DNA of 32,000 bases from Gammaproteobacteria bacterium (GTDB lineage: Bacteria > Pseudomonadota > Gammaproteobacteria > G965277405): positions 2,052,675 through 2,084,674 of the forward strand of contig OZ255726.1 in assembly GCA_965277405.1 (NCBI GenBank), written 5' to 3'. The stretch's first letter is position 1. Each line of letters starts with the position of its first letter. Positions 17,463 through 26,910 of this stretch are shown piece by piece. Made by a program: the position numbers and the translations under genes. The notes under the pieces were generated by a model. It saw nothing but the letters and a program-made list of their open reading frames with translations. It had not been told where the DNA came from and made no database searches.

Positions 17463-18545
17463 ATGAAATTTAAGTCGTTGGTATCCCTTGGTCGCGCATT
17501 AGCCGTCGTCGCTGCAGTGCTTGCAGTTGGCACTGTATCTGCCGCAGACAAGGTCGGGTTTGTCTACGTTGGCCCAGTGGGGGATTATGGGTGGTCATAC
17601 CGCCATGACATAGGCCGTCAGTCTGTAGCAAAGGCTTTCGGCGATAAAGTCAAAACAACATTCGTCGAAGACGTCAAGGATGGTGCAGATGCAGAACGCG
17701 TCATCCGCCAGATGGCTGCACATGGTCATAAACTTATCTTCGTAACGTCATTTGGTTTCATGAACCCGATGATGAAAGTTGCCAAACTATTCCCGCAGGT
17801 AAAATTCGAGCATGTAACAGGCTATAAGCGCGCCAATAATGTTAGCACTTATTCTGGGCGTAAGTATGAAGGGCGATATGTAGTCGGAAAAATTGCCGGG
17901 ATGATGACTAAATCAAACATCATCGGCTATGTCGCAGCTTTCCCGATCCCAGAAGTTATTCGCGGCATCAACGCAGTTGCGCTTGCCGCTAGCAGCGTCA
18001 ATCCAGACATCCAAGTTAAAGTTATTTTGGTCAATTCGTGGTATGACCCAGGTAAAGAAGGGGATGCTGCTAAAGCCCTCATTGACCAAGGCGCAGATAT
18101 CATTATGCAGCATACCGATAGCCCGGTTGCCTTGCAGGTTGCGCAAAGCCGCGGCGTTTGGGGGGTTGGGCAGTCTTCAGATATGAAAGTTTTTGCACCA
18201 GAATGGCAACTGACGGCGATCATCGACAACTGGGACGCATATTATATCGAGCGCACCCAAGCAGCCCTCGACGGTTCGTGGAAATCCCAAGATGTATGGG
18301 GTGGTTTGCAATCCAAAATGATCGAACTTGCAAAATACAATGACGCCATTCCGGCTGATGTTGTCAACATCGCCGAAGCAACAAAAGCGGCGATTATCGA
18401 CGGCTCTTTGAAACCTTTTGCTGGCCCGTTTAACAAACAAGATGGTACGGAAGCCGTGGCGGCTGGTGAAGAACTGGACGATGACGCTCTGCTTGGCATG
18501 GACTGGTATGTAGAAGGTGTTCAAGGAAAATTACCGAATAGCTGA
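17463..18545 (+). CDS. BMP-family (PnrA-like) ABC transporter substrate-binding protein
   Basis: A signal peptide is present (MKFKSLVSLGRALAVVAAVLAVGTVSA|ADK), and FVYVGPVGDYGWSY is typical of the BMP/nucleoside-binding family. An alternative in-frame start at 17436 was created by a tandem duplication. Confidence 0.85.
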   Translation: MKFKSLVSLGRALAVVAAVLAVGTVSAADKVGFVYVGPVGDYGWSYRHDIGRQSVAKAFGDKVKTTFVEDVKDGADAERVIRQMAAHGHKLIFVTSFGFMNPMMKVAKLFPQVKFEHVTGYKRANNVSTYSGRKYEGRYVVGKIAGMMTKSNIIGYVAAFPIPEVIRGINAVALAASSVNPDIQVKVILVNSWYDPGKEGDAAKALIDQGADIIMQHTDSPVALQVAQSRGVWGVGQSSDMKVFAPEWQLTAIIDNWDAYYIERTQAALDGSWKSQDVWGGLQSKMIELAKYNDAIPADVVNIAEATKAAIIDGSLKPFAGPFNKQDGTEAVAAGEELDDDALLGMDWYVEGVQGKLPNS

Positions 18546-18647
18546 CCTGATACACCACAACACCCCTCCAAACTCGCACTGGAAGTTGGTTGGTGTTAAG
18601 TTACTGGTTATAGAGAGCATATCGCAGCAAGTCTGCAACCCGAGTAG

Positions 18648-18827
18648 ATGTTGATGTTTGCCGAGCGCAATGCTGTCGATTTTTCATTTAAATCGATTGA
18701 GGAGGTGCGCTCTGCCTACGAATTCAGCAGACTTCAGGATATGAAAGATAATGTCATAGCTATAGCCGACGCACTGGATTTGACAAAACATCAAATTGCC
18801 ACCCTCGAGTCATATTTAAGCGCATGA
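18648..18827 (+). CDS. Small hypothetical ORF (59 aa) translationally coupled to the cysteine desulfurase gene
   Basis: The ORF is open from ATG 18648 to TGA 18825-18827, just below the 60-aa cutoff of the ORF track. Its stop overlaps ATG 18824 of the next gene (ATGA). No strong Shine-Dalgarno sequence and no recognisable family. Confidence 0.3.
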   Translation: MLMFAERNAVDFSFKSIEEVRSAYEFSRLQDMKDNVIAIADALDLTKHQIATLESYLSA

Positions 18828-19981
18828 CCCTGGTTGCGGATCATACTGAAACCATCATGCATAAAGGCGAAGAAATTCACCTGCCCCTTTTTCTCGACCA
18901 TCAGTCGACAACCCCTCTCGCTGCGCAAGCTAGGGAAGCTATGTGGCATGCGTTTGAATTTCCAGGCAACGCACACAGCAAAACCCATATTTTTGGGCTC
19001 GATGCTGCTGACCTTATCGAGCATGCTAGGGGGCAAGTCGCAGACCTGATCGGTGCCCGAGCGGATGAGATCCATTTCACCCCCAGCGCCACCGCCTCCA
19101 ACCACCAGCTACTGTATCAAGTAGCCCGTTCTTCTAATAAGTCTGCACATTTTGTCACGCTGAACAGCGAGCATAATTCAATCATTGAGACTTGCGTATC
19201 CTTAAGACAAGCAGGTTACGCGGTCACCTTCCTCCCGGTGCAAGCCAACGGCAGGCTCGATCTAACATTACTAGATACAGCCATTAAGCCGGAAACCCGG
19301 CTAGTATCGATTCAGGCGGCGAATAATGAAACGGGGGTGTTGCAGGACTTGGAAGAGGTCAACAAGTTCTGTATCAACCGCAATATCCCCTTTCATACCG
19401 ACGCGGTGCAAGCTCTCGGTACGCAGAAGATTGATGTTGAAAATGGCATCGCGTGCATGAGCATTTCGGCGCACAAAATTTACGGACCGCAGGGGGTTGG
19501 TGCCTTGTATGTTCGCAGCGACCTTGGCGATTCTCTGTGTCCCAAACCAGCGGGTACACCAGCCACGGCTCTGATTGCCGGATTTGGTGCCGCGAGCGAA
19601 CTGGTTTGCATAAGCCGTGAACAGGATCATGCGCATCTTCTCACCCTTTCAACCCTGTTAATGTCTATTTTGACCGAGGAACTTGGCAACGATGTTTCGT
19701 TAAATGGCGATCGTAACCTTAGTATTCCCAGCTGCCTGAATATCATGTTTGCTGGCGTTGCAGCAGAAGACCTACTCCTCCAGGTCCCGGCGCTGGGTCT
19801 GTCGACGAACTCCGCCTGCCTCTCCTCATCAGGTGCTAGGTCGCACGTGCTGCAAGCGATGGGGCTGGATGCGACCCAGTCGGAGAGTAGCATCCGTATC
19901 GGTATGGGGCGTTATCTCACCGCGAATGAAGTTGATTATGCCGCTAACATGCTGGTGGATGCGTATAGAAGTTTGAGATAA
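18824..19981 (+). CDS. NifS/IscS-like cysteine desulfurase (class V aminotransferase)
   Basis: The PLP-lysine motif is SISAHKIYGPQGVGALYVR. LFLDHQSTTP lies near the N-terminus, and the active-site Cys loop is STNSACLSSSGARSHVLQAMG. An alternative start is possible at 18857. Confidence 0.9.
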   Translation: MTLVADHTETIMHKGEEIHLPLFLDHQSTTPLAAQAREAMWHAFEFPGNAHSKTHIFGLDAADLIEHARGQVADLIGARADEIHFTPSATASNHQLLYQVARSSNKSAHFVTLNSEHNSIIETCVSLRQAGYAVTFLPVQANGRLDLTLLDTAIKPETRLVSIQAANNETGVLQDLEEVNKFCINRNIPFHTDAVQALGTQKIDVENGIACMSISAHKIYGPQGVGALYVRSDLGDSLCPKPAGTPATALIAGFGAASELVCISREQDHAHLLTLSTLLMSILTEELGNDVSLNGDRNLSIPSCLNIMFAGVAAEDLLLQVPALGLSTNSACLSSSGARSHVLQAMGLDATQSESSIRIGMGRYLTANEVDYAANMLVDAYRSLR

Positions 19982-19986
19982 TAACG

Positions 19987-20280
19987 CTTAGGGAAGCTAT
20001 GATTAAGTCCATGATGGGCGAGACGGAGAAAAAACGCTGATGATAACTAGACGCAGTGCGCAGATAATACTGGTGGTATTATCAAGTGCTGCAACGACGT
20101 TAGCGCAGCGTTTTTTCCCGGCCTTCTATTGAATATATGATGGTTTGCCTACAAGCGGTACTTGCTGTGTTGCATCCCTTGGCGTATATGCTACGGCATG
20201 CTCTTAGCGGTTTGCGCCTTGCAATCATCAGCAATTGCAGGCAAACTCGCTCCATCAGCGAGGCTTCACCAAATGGTAAG
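19987..20280 (+). mobile_element. MITE-like repeat, full-length copy with degenerate right end
   Basis: The copy starts CTTAGGGAAGCTATGATTAAGTCC, 5 nt after the desulfurase stop. By eye it is almost identical to 30549-30851 through 20265. It contains the hairpin GATAATAC-tggtg-GTATTATC (20063-20083) and gcgcagcg-T6 (20103-20116). Confidence 0.8.
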
Positions 20281-20328
20281 CGCACATCAACCAGTTTATA
20301 CCAGTGCCAATGTTAACTATATTCTTTT

Positions 20329-20766
20329 TCATGTGCGTGCATATTTTATAAAAGGGGTTTTAGACCCTATCTTGTCGTATAAATTTCGGGCTGCTATATT
20401 GAAGTCCTGTGTCAGCCAATACACACCTTTCGCGTTTTTCTCGTCTGCACGCGCATAAATTTGTGATATTAATTTGCTGGCAACACCGTGTTTCCTGTAA
20501 TTTTTATCCACGAATAAATCCTGCAAATAGCAGATCTTTTCCTGCTGCCAGAGGTGTAGGTGATAAATACAGTGGACAATTCCCACTGCATTGCCGTCAA
20601 TGTATGCGATATATCCTTCACATTCTGCATCTTCGTCAATTAGTCGCGAAAAAGTCAAATCAAAAACAGTGTTGCTCCTTGCCACCTTGTAGAAGGCTAG
20701 GTATTGCTTCCATAACCGAGACCATGAATCTTTATGACAATCTGTTAAAGCGTGAATAGCTATCAT
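20329..20766 (-). CDS. GNAT-family N-acetyltransferase
   Basis: Motif A is QDLFVDKNYRKHGVASKLISQIY, and the size is typical at 145 aa. Confidence 0.85.
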   Translation of the reverse strand: MIAIHALTDCHKDSWSRLWKQYLAFYKVARSNTVFDLTFSRLIDEDAECEGYIAYIDGNAVGIVHCIYHLHLWQQEKICYLQDLFVDKNYRKHGVASKLISQIYARADEKNAKGVYWLTQDFNIAARNLYDKIGSKTPFIKYART

Positions 20767-21099
20767 GTTACATCTCCAACATATTCACCGCCCTGCGACC
20801 CGTAGAAGATTACCCAGGTTTCAAGGCTGTTATGAAAATAGAAAAATTGCTGCTGCATGATAGCAGAAACAAACAAGAAGTCACATACCTCAAAAGGTAC
20901 AATTAGTTTTCCATCTGCAACTTGCCAGAGCCGGAGATCACTACTAGGGTCAGAAATACTTTTTTCATGTTGTTTGGTCTCAGTCGCATTGCATCATATT
21001 ACCCTCCTTAGTTGTAAATGCTACGGAGGTTGTTTAGACATCAGCTAACTAAGAAGCTGGTACTGTATTAGTTACTAAACAAAGGAGTACAGCATGAAC

Positions 21100-21219
21100 A
21101 ACCCACATCAGCACTTGCTAATACCCACAAGTCCCACCAGTGTTATCTGCGCACTGCGCTTAAGTTTCATCAGTGTTGTTGCTCAGTCTCGCCCATCATG
21201 GACTTAAGCAGCGGTTGCC
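21100..21219 (-). mobile_element. MITE-like repeat fragment (left ~120 bp, inverted)
   Basis: The reverse complement reads gcttaagtccatgatgggcgagactgagcaacaacactgatgaaacttaagcgcagtgcgcagataacactggtgggacttgtgggtattagcaagtgctg. This matches the left part of the 30549 copy, including its cttgtggg insertion variant. Confidence 0.65.
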
Positions 21220-21227
21220 ATGATTTA

Positions 21228-21512
21228 AACAAGTAAACAGCCGCAATGAGTGGACTTGGTACAAAATATATCCTCCATCGCTGCATCTACAGCGATGGCT
21301 GAGGTTATACACCACTTGCATCACATGTACGCGCAGCAGCGTTTGCAGTGGATATTGCGGGCCGACCGCCTGTTTTGCGCAGGTTTGGTGTAGTGTTTAG
21401 CAACAACTGCATTTAACTGCAGTTATGGAATAACAGCTGCTAATTTCTCAAGAAATATTTCTCTACGAGATTTGTGGTTTTGCAGTGCGTATTCCGACTC
21501 TGCAAACGTCAT
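21228..21512 (-). pseudogene. IS5-family transposase N-terminal remnant (frameshifted, truncated)
   Basis: The minus strand from ATG 21512 gives MTFAESEYALQNHKSRREIFLEKLAAVIP. After frameshifts it gives YPLQTLLRVHVMQVVYNLS and MEDILY...SLRLF. These parallel E. coli IS5 InsH (LTFADSEF..RKEIFLSRMEQILPW...[37 protein letters not shown]). Only ~95 codons remain. Confidence 0.7.
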
Positions 21513-21821
21513 TTGCTTTATATCAATTCCCAAAAATAATAGTTAGAGTATTATGACAGATTAGTAGGGTTTTTTGGGGGGGGGTAGAGTGTCACTAAAT
21601 AAATGAAGAAAATTGAATGACACGTATACTGAATGTATTCCGTAAGTTTGCAGTATGTAATGTTCGTCCGCTACACAAAGCAGTAATATGCCGACAAATT
21701 CCCACGTTGTTGGCTGTGCAGACATTGCATATGTTGACTGAAACCAGAGGATGCGAAGATAAATTGATAGGATGGGAACGATTAAGAAGCCGAGGATAAT
21801 TCACTTTTTGGAGGTTGGAGT

Positions 21822-23129
21822 ATGAGCGTAGATTTTTTTAAAGATATTGAACCAGTCACCTTCAAAGGTCCAAGTAGTGATGATGCATTTGCGTTTCATC
21901 ATTACAATCCAGACGAGGTAGTGCTTGGGAAGAAAATGCAGGATCAATTGCGTTTTGCTGTAGCTTATTGGCATAGTTTTGCGTGGTTGGGTGGTGATGC
22001 GTTTGGTGGACAGACATTTGCAAGACCGTGGTTTCCACAGGACAGCATGGCAATGGCAAAAGTTAAAGCTGACCATGCATTTGCAATGTTTAGAATTTTA
22101 AACGTGCCATTCTTTTGTTGGCATGATGCTGATGTACGCCCTGAAACAGGAAATTTTCGCGATAACCTGAGTACATTGGATGAAATAACCGATTATATGG
22201 CAGGAAAAATGGCAGAAACAGGTGTCAAAGTACTTTGGGGTACGGCGAATATGTTTAGTCACCGTCGTTGGATGGCGGGTGCATCAACCAATCCTAACCC
22301 AGATGTATTCGCATTTGCAGCAGCAACAGTGAAGTCGTGTATGGATGCAACGCACAAGCTCAATGGTGAAAATTATGTGCTTTGGGGCGGTCGCGAAGGA
22401 TATGAAACGCTGCTTAACACTGATCTTAAATCAGAGCTAGACCATATGGGACGTTTTCTTAATATGGTTGTTGAATATAAATATAAGATTGGGTTCAAAG
22501 GAATGATTTTGGTAGAACCAAAGCCACTGGAGCCGAGTAAACATCAATACGATTACGATGCTGCAACGTGCTATGGTTTTTTGCAAAAATACGGGCTTGA
22601 AAATGAAGTTAAACTCAATTTAGAGCAAGGGCATGCCATTCTTGCCGGGCATACATTTGAACACGAACTCGCAACAGCAGCAGCATTGGGTGTATTTGGC
22701 TCGATTGATATGAACAGAAACGATTATCAGTCTGGTTGGGATACTGATCAATTTCCAAATAATGTGGCGGAAGTTGCATTAGCGTATTACCAAATTCTTA
22801 AAGCGGGCGGATTTACTGCTGGAGGTACAAATTTCGATGCGAAATTAAGGAGACAATCAATTGACCCACGTGATTTGATAGCGGCACATATTGGCGGCAT
22901 GGATGTCTGTGCGCGAGGGCTGAAATCTGCGGCTGCGATGATTGAAGATGGTGGTCTTGCAACGCGGTTACAGGCTAGATATTCTGGTTGGCAATCAAAA
23001 CAAGCACAAGCAATGCTGAACAGCGACCTAGCGAGCATTGCGCAAGATGTTCTTAACAAACATACCAACCCTGCGCCGCGATCTGGCGAGCAAGAGCTCC
23101 TTGAAAATTATGTGAATAGGTTTGTGTAA
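21822..23129 (+). CDS. xylA: Xylose isomerase
   Basis: The N-terminus [12 protein letters not shown]...[30 protein letters not shown] and [15 protein letters not shown] are XylA signatures. Length is 435 aa. Confidence 0.95.
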   Translation: MSVDFFKDIEPVTFKGPSSDDAFAFHHYNPDEVVLGKKMQDQLRFAVAYWHSFAWLGGDAFGGQTFARPWFPQDSMAMAKVKADHAFAMFRILNVPFFCWHDADVRPETGNFRDNLSTLDEITDYMAGKMAETGVKVLWGTANMFSHRRWMAGASTNPNPDVFAFAAATVKSCMDATHKLNGENYVLWGGREGYETLLNTDLKSELDHMGRFLNMVVEYKYKIGFKGMILVEPKPLEPSKHQYDYDAATCYGFLQKYGLENEVKLNLEQGHAILAGHTFEHELATAAALGVFGSIDMNRNDYQSGWDTDQFPNNVAEVALAYYQILKAGGFTAGGTNFDAKLRRQSIDPRDLIAAHIGGMDVCARGLKSAAAMIEDGGLATRLQARYSGWQSKQAQAMLNSDLASIAQDVLNKHTNPAPRSGEQELLENYVNRFV

Positions 23130-23205
23130 CAATTTGCTGCCAACTGCCGCTTCATACCATGCGAGAGCGAACTGCGATGGTGGAATAGTGCGATGGCATA
23201 AAGTT

Positions 23206-23261
23206 TTGACACCAAGTGCAAATTCTGTATATTGATATTTGGCATGTGAGATGACTCACAT
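23206..23261 (+). promoter_or_regulatory. Putative xylFHG promoter with a downstream operator-like palindrome
   Basis: TTGACA (23206-23211), 16 nt, then TATATT (23228-23233). The inverted repeat ATGTGAG-atga-CTCACAT follows at 23244-23261, before the Shine-Dalgarno AGGAGA and ATG 23287. Confidence 0.4.
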
Positions 23262-23286
23262 ATTTGGTAATTTAGGAGAATACAAC

Positions 23287-24312
23287 ATGAAAAAATTTAT
23301 TTTTATACTTGTTGTTTGCAGTAGTTTTTGGGCAAACATCTCGCTGGCAGCAGCTGTTAAAGTTGGGGTAAGTTGGTCAAATTTTCAAGAAGAGCGCTGG
23401 AAGACAGATGAATCTGCTATAAAAAGTGCGCTTAAAAAATTAGGTGCGGAATATATTTCAGCAGATGCGCAATCATCCGCAAGCAAGCAATTATCCGATA
23501 TCGAAAACCTGATAGCTCAAGGTGTTGATGCCTTGATTATATTAGGTGTCGATACTCAAGCGGTAATACCTGCGGTGCAAGCAGCAGCTGACGAAGGAAT
23601 TCCTGTTATTGCCTATGACCGCTTGATTGAAGATGACAGATCCTTTTACTTGACTTTCGATAATGTTGAAGTCGGTAGAATGCAAGCAAGGGCAGTGTTT
23701 AAAATTGCTCCAAAAGGTCGGTATGTAATGATTAAAGGTTCACCAACCGACCCCAATGCTGACTTTCTACGTGGTGGTCAACAAGAAATTATTCAACAAG
23801 CAGTGAGCGCAGGAGATATTACTATTATCGGCGAAAGCTATACGGATGGATGGCTGCCAGCAAATGCTCAAGCCAGTATGGAACAGATACTCACTGCACA
23901 TGATAATCGCGTCGATGCCGTGATTGCGTCGAATGATGGCACAGCAGGTGGGGTTGTTGCTGCATTAACTGCTCAAGGAATGGAAGGAATTCCGCTTTCA
24001 GGTCAAGATGGCGACCATGCTGCATTGAACCGGATAGCCTTAGGAACACAAACTGTATCTGTATGGAAAGATGCCCGTGCGCTGGGCAAGCACGCTGCAG
24101 AAATTGCCGTTGCTCTTGGTAATGGGGCTGATCTGGATGATGTAGCGGGTTCTGTTGTTTTTAACACACCCAAGAATGTGAAGATGAACGCATTGTTTTT
24201 AAACCCAGTACCTATAACAAAAGATAACCTTTCCGTAGTTGTCGACGCTGGGTGGATAAGCAAGTCCAAACTCTGCCAAGGAGTAACAGCTAAAGTAGCA
24301 CCTTGTAATTAA
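23287..24312 (+). CDS. xylF: D-xylose ABC transporter substrate-binding protein
   Basis: A signal peptide is present (MKKFIFILVVCSSFWANISLAAA). VKVGVSWSNFQEERWKTDE and VIAYDRLI are XylF-like. The gene is adjacent to xylA. The track ORF starts earlier, at 23239. Confidence 0.9.
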   Translation: MKKFIFILVVCSSFWANISLAAAVKVGVSWSNFQEERWKTDESAIKSALKKLGAEYISADAQSSASKQLSDIENLIAQGVDALIILGVDTQAVIPAVQAAADEGIPVIAYDRLIEDDRSFYLTFDNVEVGRMQARAVFKIAPKGRYVMIKGSPTDPNADFLRGGQQEIIQQAVSAGDITIIGESYTDGWLPANAQASMEQILTAHDNRVDAVIASNDGTAGGVVAALTAQGMEGIPLSGQDGDHAALNRIALGTQTVSVWKDARALGKHAAEIAVALGNGADLDDVAGSVVFNTPKNVKMNALFLNPVPITKDNLSVVVDAGWISKSKLCQGVTAKVAPCN

Positions 24313-24339
24313 TCATTGTAATTAATCATTAAAAATAGT

Positions 24340-24380
24340 ATGCCCATCCGTTCTGTCTGATTTGATGGGCATATTTTTAT
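24340..24380 (+). terminator. Intercistronic hairpin plus T-tract between xylF and xylH (terminator/attenuator)
   Basis: ATGCCCATC (24340-24348) pairs with GATGGGCAT (24364-24372), a 9-bp stem with a 15-nt loop, followed by ATTTTTAT. Confidence 0.55.
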
Positions 24381-24390
24381 GTAAGCCAAG

Positions 24391-25689
24391 ATGAAAAATA
24401 CTGTAGTTGCAGCAGATACAGCTAGCAGGCGTTCGTTAGCAAAAATCCTTGAGCTAGACGTGCGACTATTAGGAATGATTGGTGCATTTATTTTTTTATG
24501 TATTGCTTTTAATATTGTGACTGATGGACGCTTTTTAACGCCACGCAATATTTTTAATCTTTCTATTCAAACAGTTTCAGTAGCAATCATGTCCATGGGC
24601 ATGGTATTTGTGATTGTTACTCGACACATAGATTTGTCTGTAGGCGCAGTGCTGGCAATGACATCTGCGCTGATGGCTGTTGCGCAAACTCAGTTCATCC
24701 CGTATATATTTAATATTGATATCGGCGATCCAATGATTGCTCCCGTAACTATAATAATTGGTTTGGCAATAGGTGTGTGCATTGGCTGTTTTCATGGATG
24801 GCTGATTGGTTATCAATCTATACCCGCATTTTTGGTGACGCTCGGGGGGTTATTAGTGTGGCGTAACGTTGCTTGGTTTACCACAACTGGACAAACAATA
24901 GCCCCGCTTGATGCAAATCTACGCCTGTTAGGTGGCGCTGGAGGCACTTTGGGTACCAGCCTGTCTTGGGTAGTTGGCATTGGTATATCTGCAGCAGCAT
25001 GTTGGTCAATTTGGAGGTCTAGAAACAATAAGACGGCGCATAACTTTCCTGTCAAACCACTTTGGGCAGAATTCGTACTCTGCTTGTTGGCAAGCGCAAC
25101 AGTGCTTGGATTTGTCGCAATTTTGAATAGTTATCATATCCCCGCAGCAAAACTTGCCAGAATGTTTGCTGTGCGCGGTGAAACCGTTCCAGCTGGATAT
25201 TCACAAGGATATGGAATTCCAATTTCGGTGCTTATTTTGATTATCACTGCAATCGTAATGACAATAGTAGCGCGTAAAACCCGTTTTGGTCGCTACATCT
25301 TTGCCACAGGCGGTAACCCCGAAGCGGCGTTGCTTGCTGGGATAAATACCCGAATGTTAACCATTAAAGTATTTGCGTTGCTTGGGTTTCTTTGTGCACT
25401 ATCTGCAGTTATAGCCCAGTCACGACTGCAAGCACATACCAATGACATTGGTACGCTTGATGAGTTAAAAGTGATAGCTGCCGCAGTTATTGGCGGGACT
25501 GCACTTTCTGGTGGAATCGGAACAATTTATGGCGCAATACTTGGGGCGATGATTATGCAGTCATTACAATCAGGAATGGCAATGGTTGGTGTGGACGCAC
25601 CATATCAGAACATCGTTGTTGGCATTGTGTTAGTGTTTGCTGTATGGGTGGATTTTATCTACAGAAAAAAAGTAGGGTTAAAAACATGA
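24391..25689 (+). CDS. xylH: Sugar (xylose) ABC transporter permease
   Basis: The 432-aa protein is multi-span and hydrophobic. It lies between xylF and the ATPase gene, and its stop overlaps the next start (ATGA). Confidence 0.85.
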   Translation: MKNTVVAADTASRRSLAKILELDVRLLGMIGAFIFLCIAFNIVTDGRFLTPRNIFNLSIQTVSVAIMSMGMVFVIVTRHIDLSVGAVLAMTSALMAVAQTQFIPYIFNIDIGDPMIAPVTIIIGLAIGVCIGCFHGWLIGYQSIPAFLVTLGGLLVWRNVAWFTTTGQTIAPLDANLRLLGGAGGTLGTSLSWVVGIGISAAACWSIWRSRNNKTAHNFPVKPLWAEFVLCLLASATVLGFVAILNSYHIPAAKLARMFAVRGETVPAGYSQGYGIPISVLILIITAIVMTIVARKTRFGRYIFATGGNPEAALLAGINTRMLTIKVFALLGFLCALSAVIAQSRLQAHTNDIGTLDELKVIAAAVIGGTALSGGIGTIYGAILGAMIMQSLQSGMAMVGVDAPYQNIVVGIVLVFAVWVDFIYRKKVGLKT

Positions 25690-26450
25690 CCACAGCGCTC
25701 GTTGAAATGCAAAATATGTCGATTGCATTTGGTGGCGTGCAGGCTGTTGACCAAGTGAGTGTTGATTTAATGGCTGGCGAAGTTGTAGGGCTATTGGGTC
25801 ATAATGGCGCTGGTAAATCGACACTGATTAAAATGTTATCAGGCGCGTATCAACCAGATAGCGGCACAATACTTGTGAATGGTAAAAATGTAGTAATAAA
25901 AAATCCGCGTGATGCGCGCAAATACAATATTGAAACAATTTACCAAACACTTGCATTGTCAGATAATCTTGATACTGCAGCAAATATATTTTTAGGGAGA
26001 GAGCTGACAACACCATTTGGCTTTATAGATGCAGATCAAATGGAAGCGAAATCGAGAAAACTGATGCACCGGTTGAATCCAAACTTTACTAAGTTTGCTG
26101 ACCCTGTGCATGCACTGTCGGGCGGACAGCGGCAATCTGTCGCAATTGCACGAGCCGTGTATTTTAATGCGCGTATTTTGATTATGGATGAACCGACTGC
26201 AGCACTTGGACCACAAGAGACGCAAATGGTCGCAGCAATCATCAAGGAATTGAAAACGCAAGGCATTGGTATTTTTTTAATTAGCCATGATATTAATGAT
26301 GTTATGCAACTCTGTGATCGTGCGAGTGTCATGAAAAACGGTAAACTCGTGGGTACAGTGCAGATTGCTGATGTGACCGATGACGACCTGCTAGGAATGA
26401 TTATTTTAGGAAAGCAGCCAGCTAAAATCGCACACGCTGTGAGCAATTAA
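25686..26450 (+). CDS. xylG: Sugar ABC transporter ATP-binding protein, single-NBD form (254 aa)
   Basis: Walker A is GHNGAGKST, the signature LSGGQRQ and Walker B ILIMDEPT. There is only one NBD, unlike the 513-aa two-domain E. coli XylG. The symbol is assigned by context. Confidence 0.75.
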   Translation: MTTALVEMQNMSIAFGGVQAVDQVSVDLMAGEVVGLLGHNGAGKSTLIKMLSGAYQPDSGTILVNGKNVVIKNPRDARKYNIETIYQTLALSDNLDTAANIFLGRELTTPFGFIDADQMEAKSRKLMHRLNPNFTKFADPVHALSGGQRQSVAIARAVYFNARILIMDEPTAALGPQETQMVAAIIKELKTQGIGIFLISHDINDVMQLCDRASVMKNGKLVGTVQIADVTDDDLLGMIILGKQPAKIAHAVSN

Positions 26451-26866
26451 CTGGTGGCAAGCTCTGATATATGCTGTGTTGCAGACGTTCATTTTATAAT
26501 ATATTTGCCACGGGACTGAAAATATCATCCGGCAGGCAGGATGATAACCGAGCGCAATGCTCCTGCTAGAATGGTCAAGAATGGTCAAGAATGGTATTGA
26601 CTTTTGAAATTGGTGTTTAACGTATCCGCCATGATGACTACTCCATATCAAATATTGAAAGTGATATGGTTTGCTGCTGCAGTTCCAATTATGCCAACAG
26701 TTACATCCTACAATTTAAGAATGAACAATTACAATCAGAGGTTTATTTGCTAATGGTTGGTGTTGACTTTTAGTTGCTTATGCAAGCAGGATGGAGGGTG
26801 TTAGCAGGTGATAGTGGGTGGGACTAATTTAAGTAAAAGTTGGGTAAAGTGGGGGAGGGTAAATGT

Positions 26867-26895
26867 GTGCTGCGGAAATGAATATTCCGCAGCAC
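26867..26895 (-). terminator. Hairpin downstream of the cold-shock gene
   Basis: A perfect 11-bp stem, GTGCTGCGGAA / TTCCGCAGCAC, with a 7-nt loop lies 16 nt past the csp stop. The trailing T-tract is weak (ACATTTACCC on the minus strand). Confidence 0.5.
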
Positions 26896-26910
26896 CGTAT
26901 TTACGTGGTC

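Noticed and set aside
26548-26561. 14-mer ccgagcgcaatgct shared with 18661-18674, possibly a repeated small-ORF start or regulatory box
   Set aside because: Similarity does not extend beyond ~14-16 nt, and I found no further copies. That is too short to separate from chance without a genome-wide count.
26568-26595. Tandem 10-bp repeat agaatggtca x2.8 in the xylG-csp intergenic region
   Set aside because: It is a small simple duplication with no associated ORF, promoter motif or structure. I noted it only.
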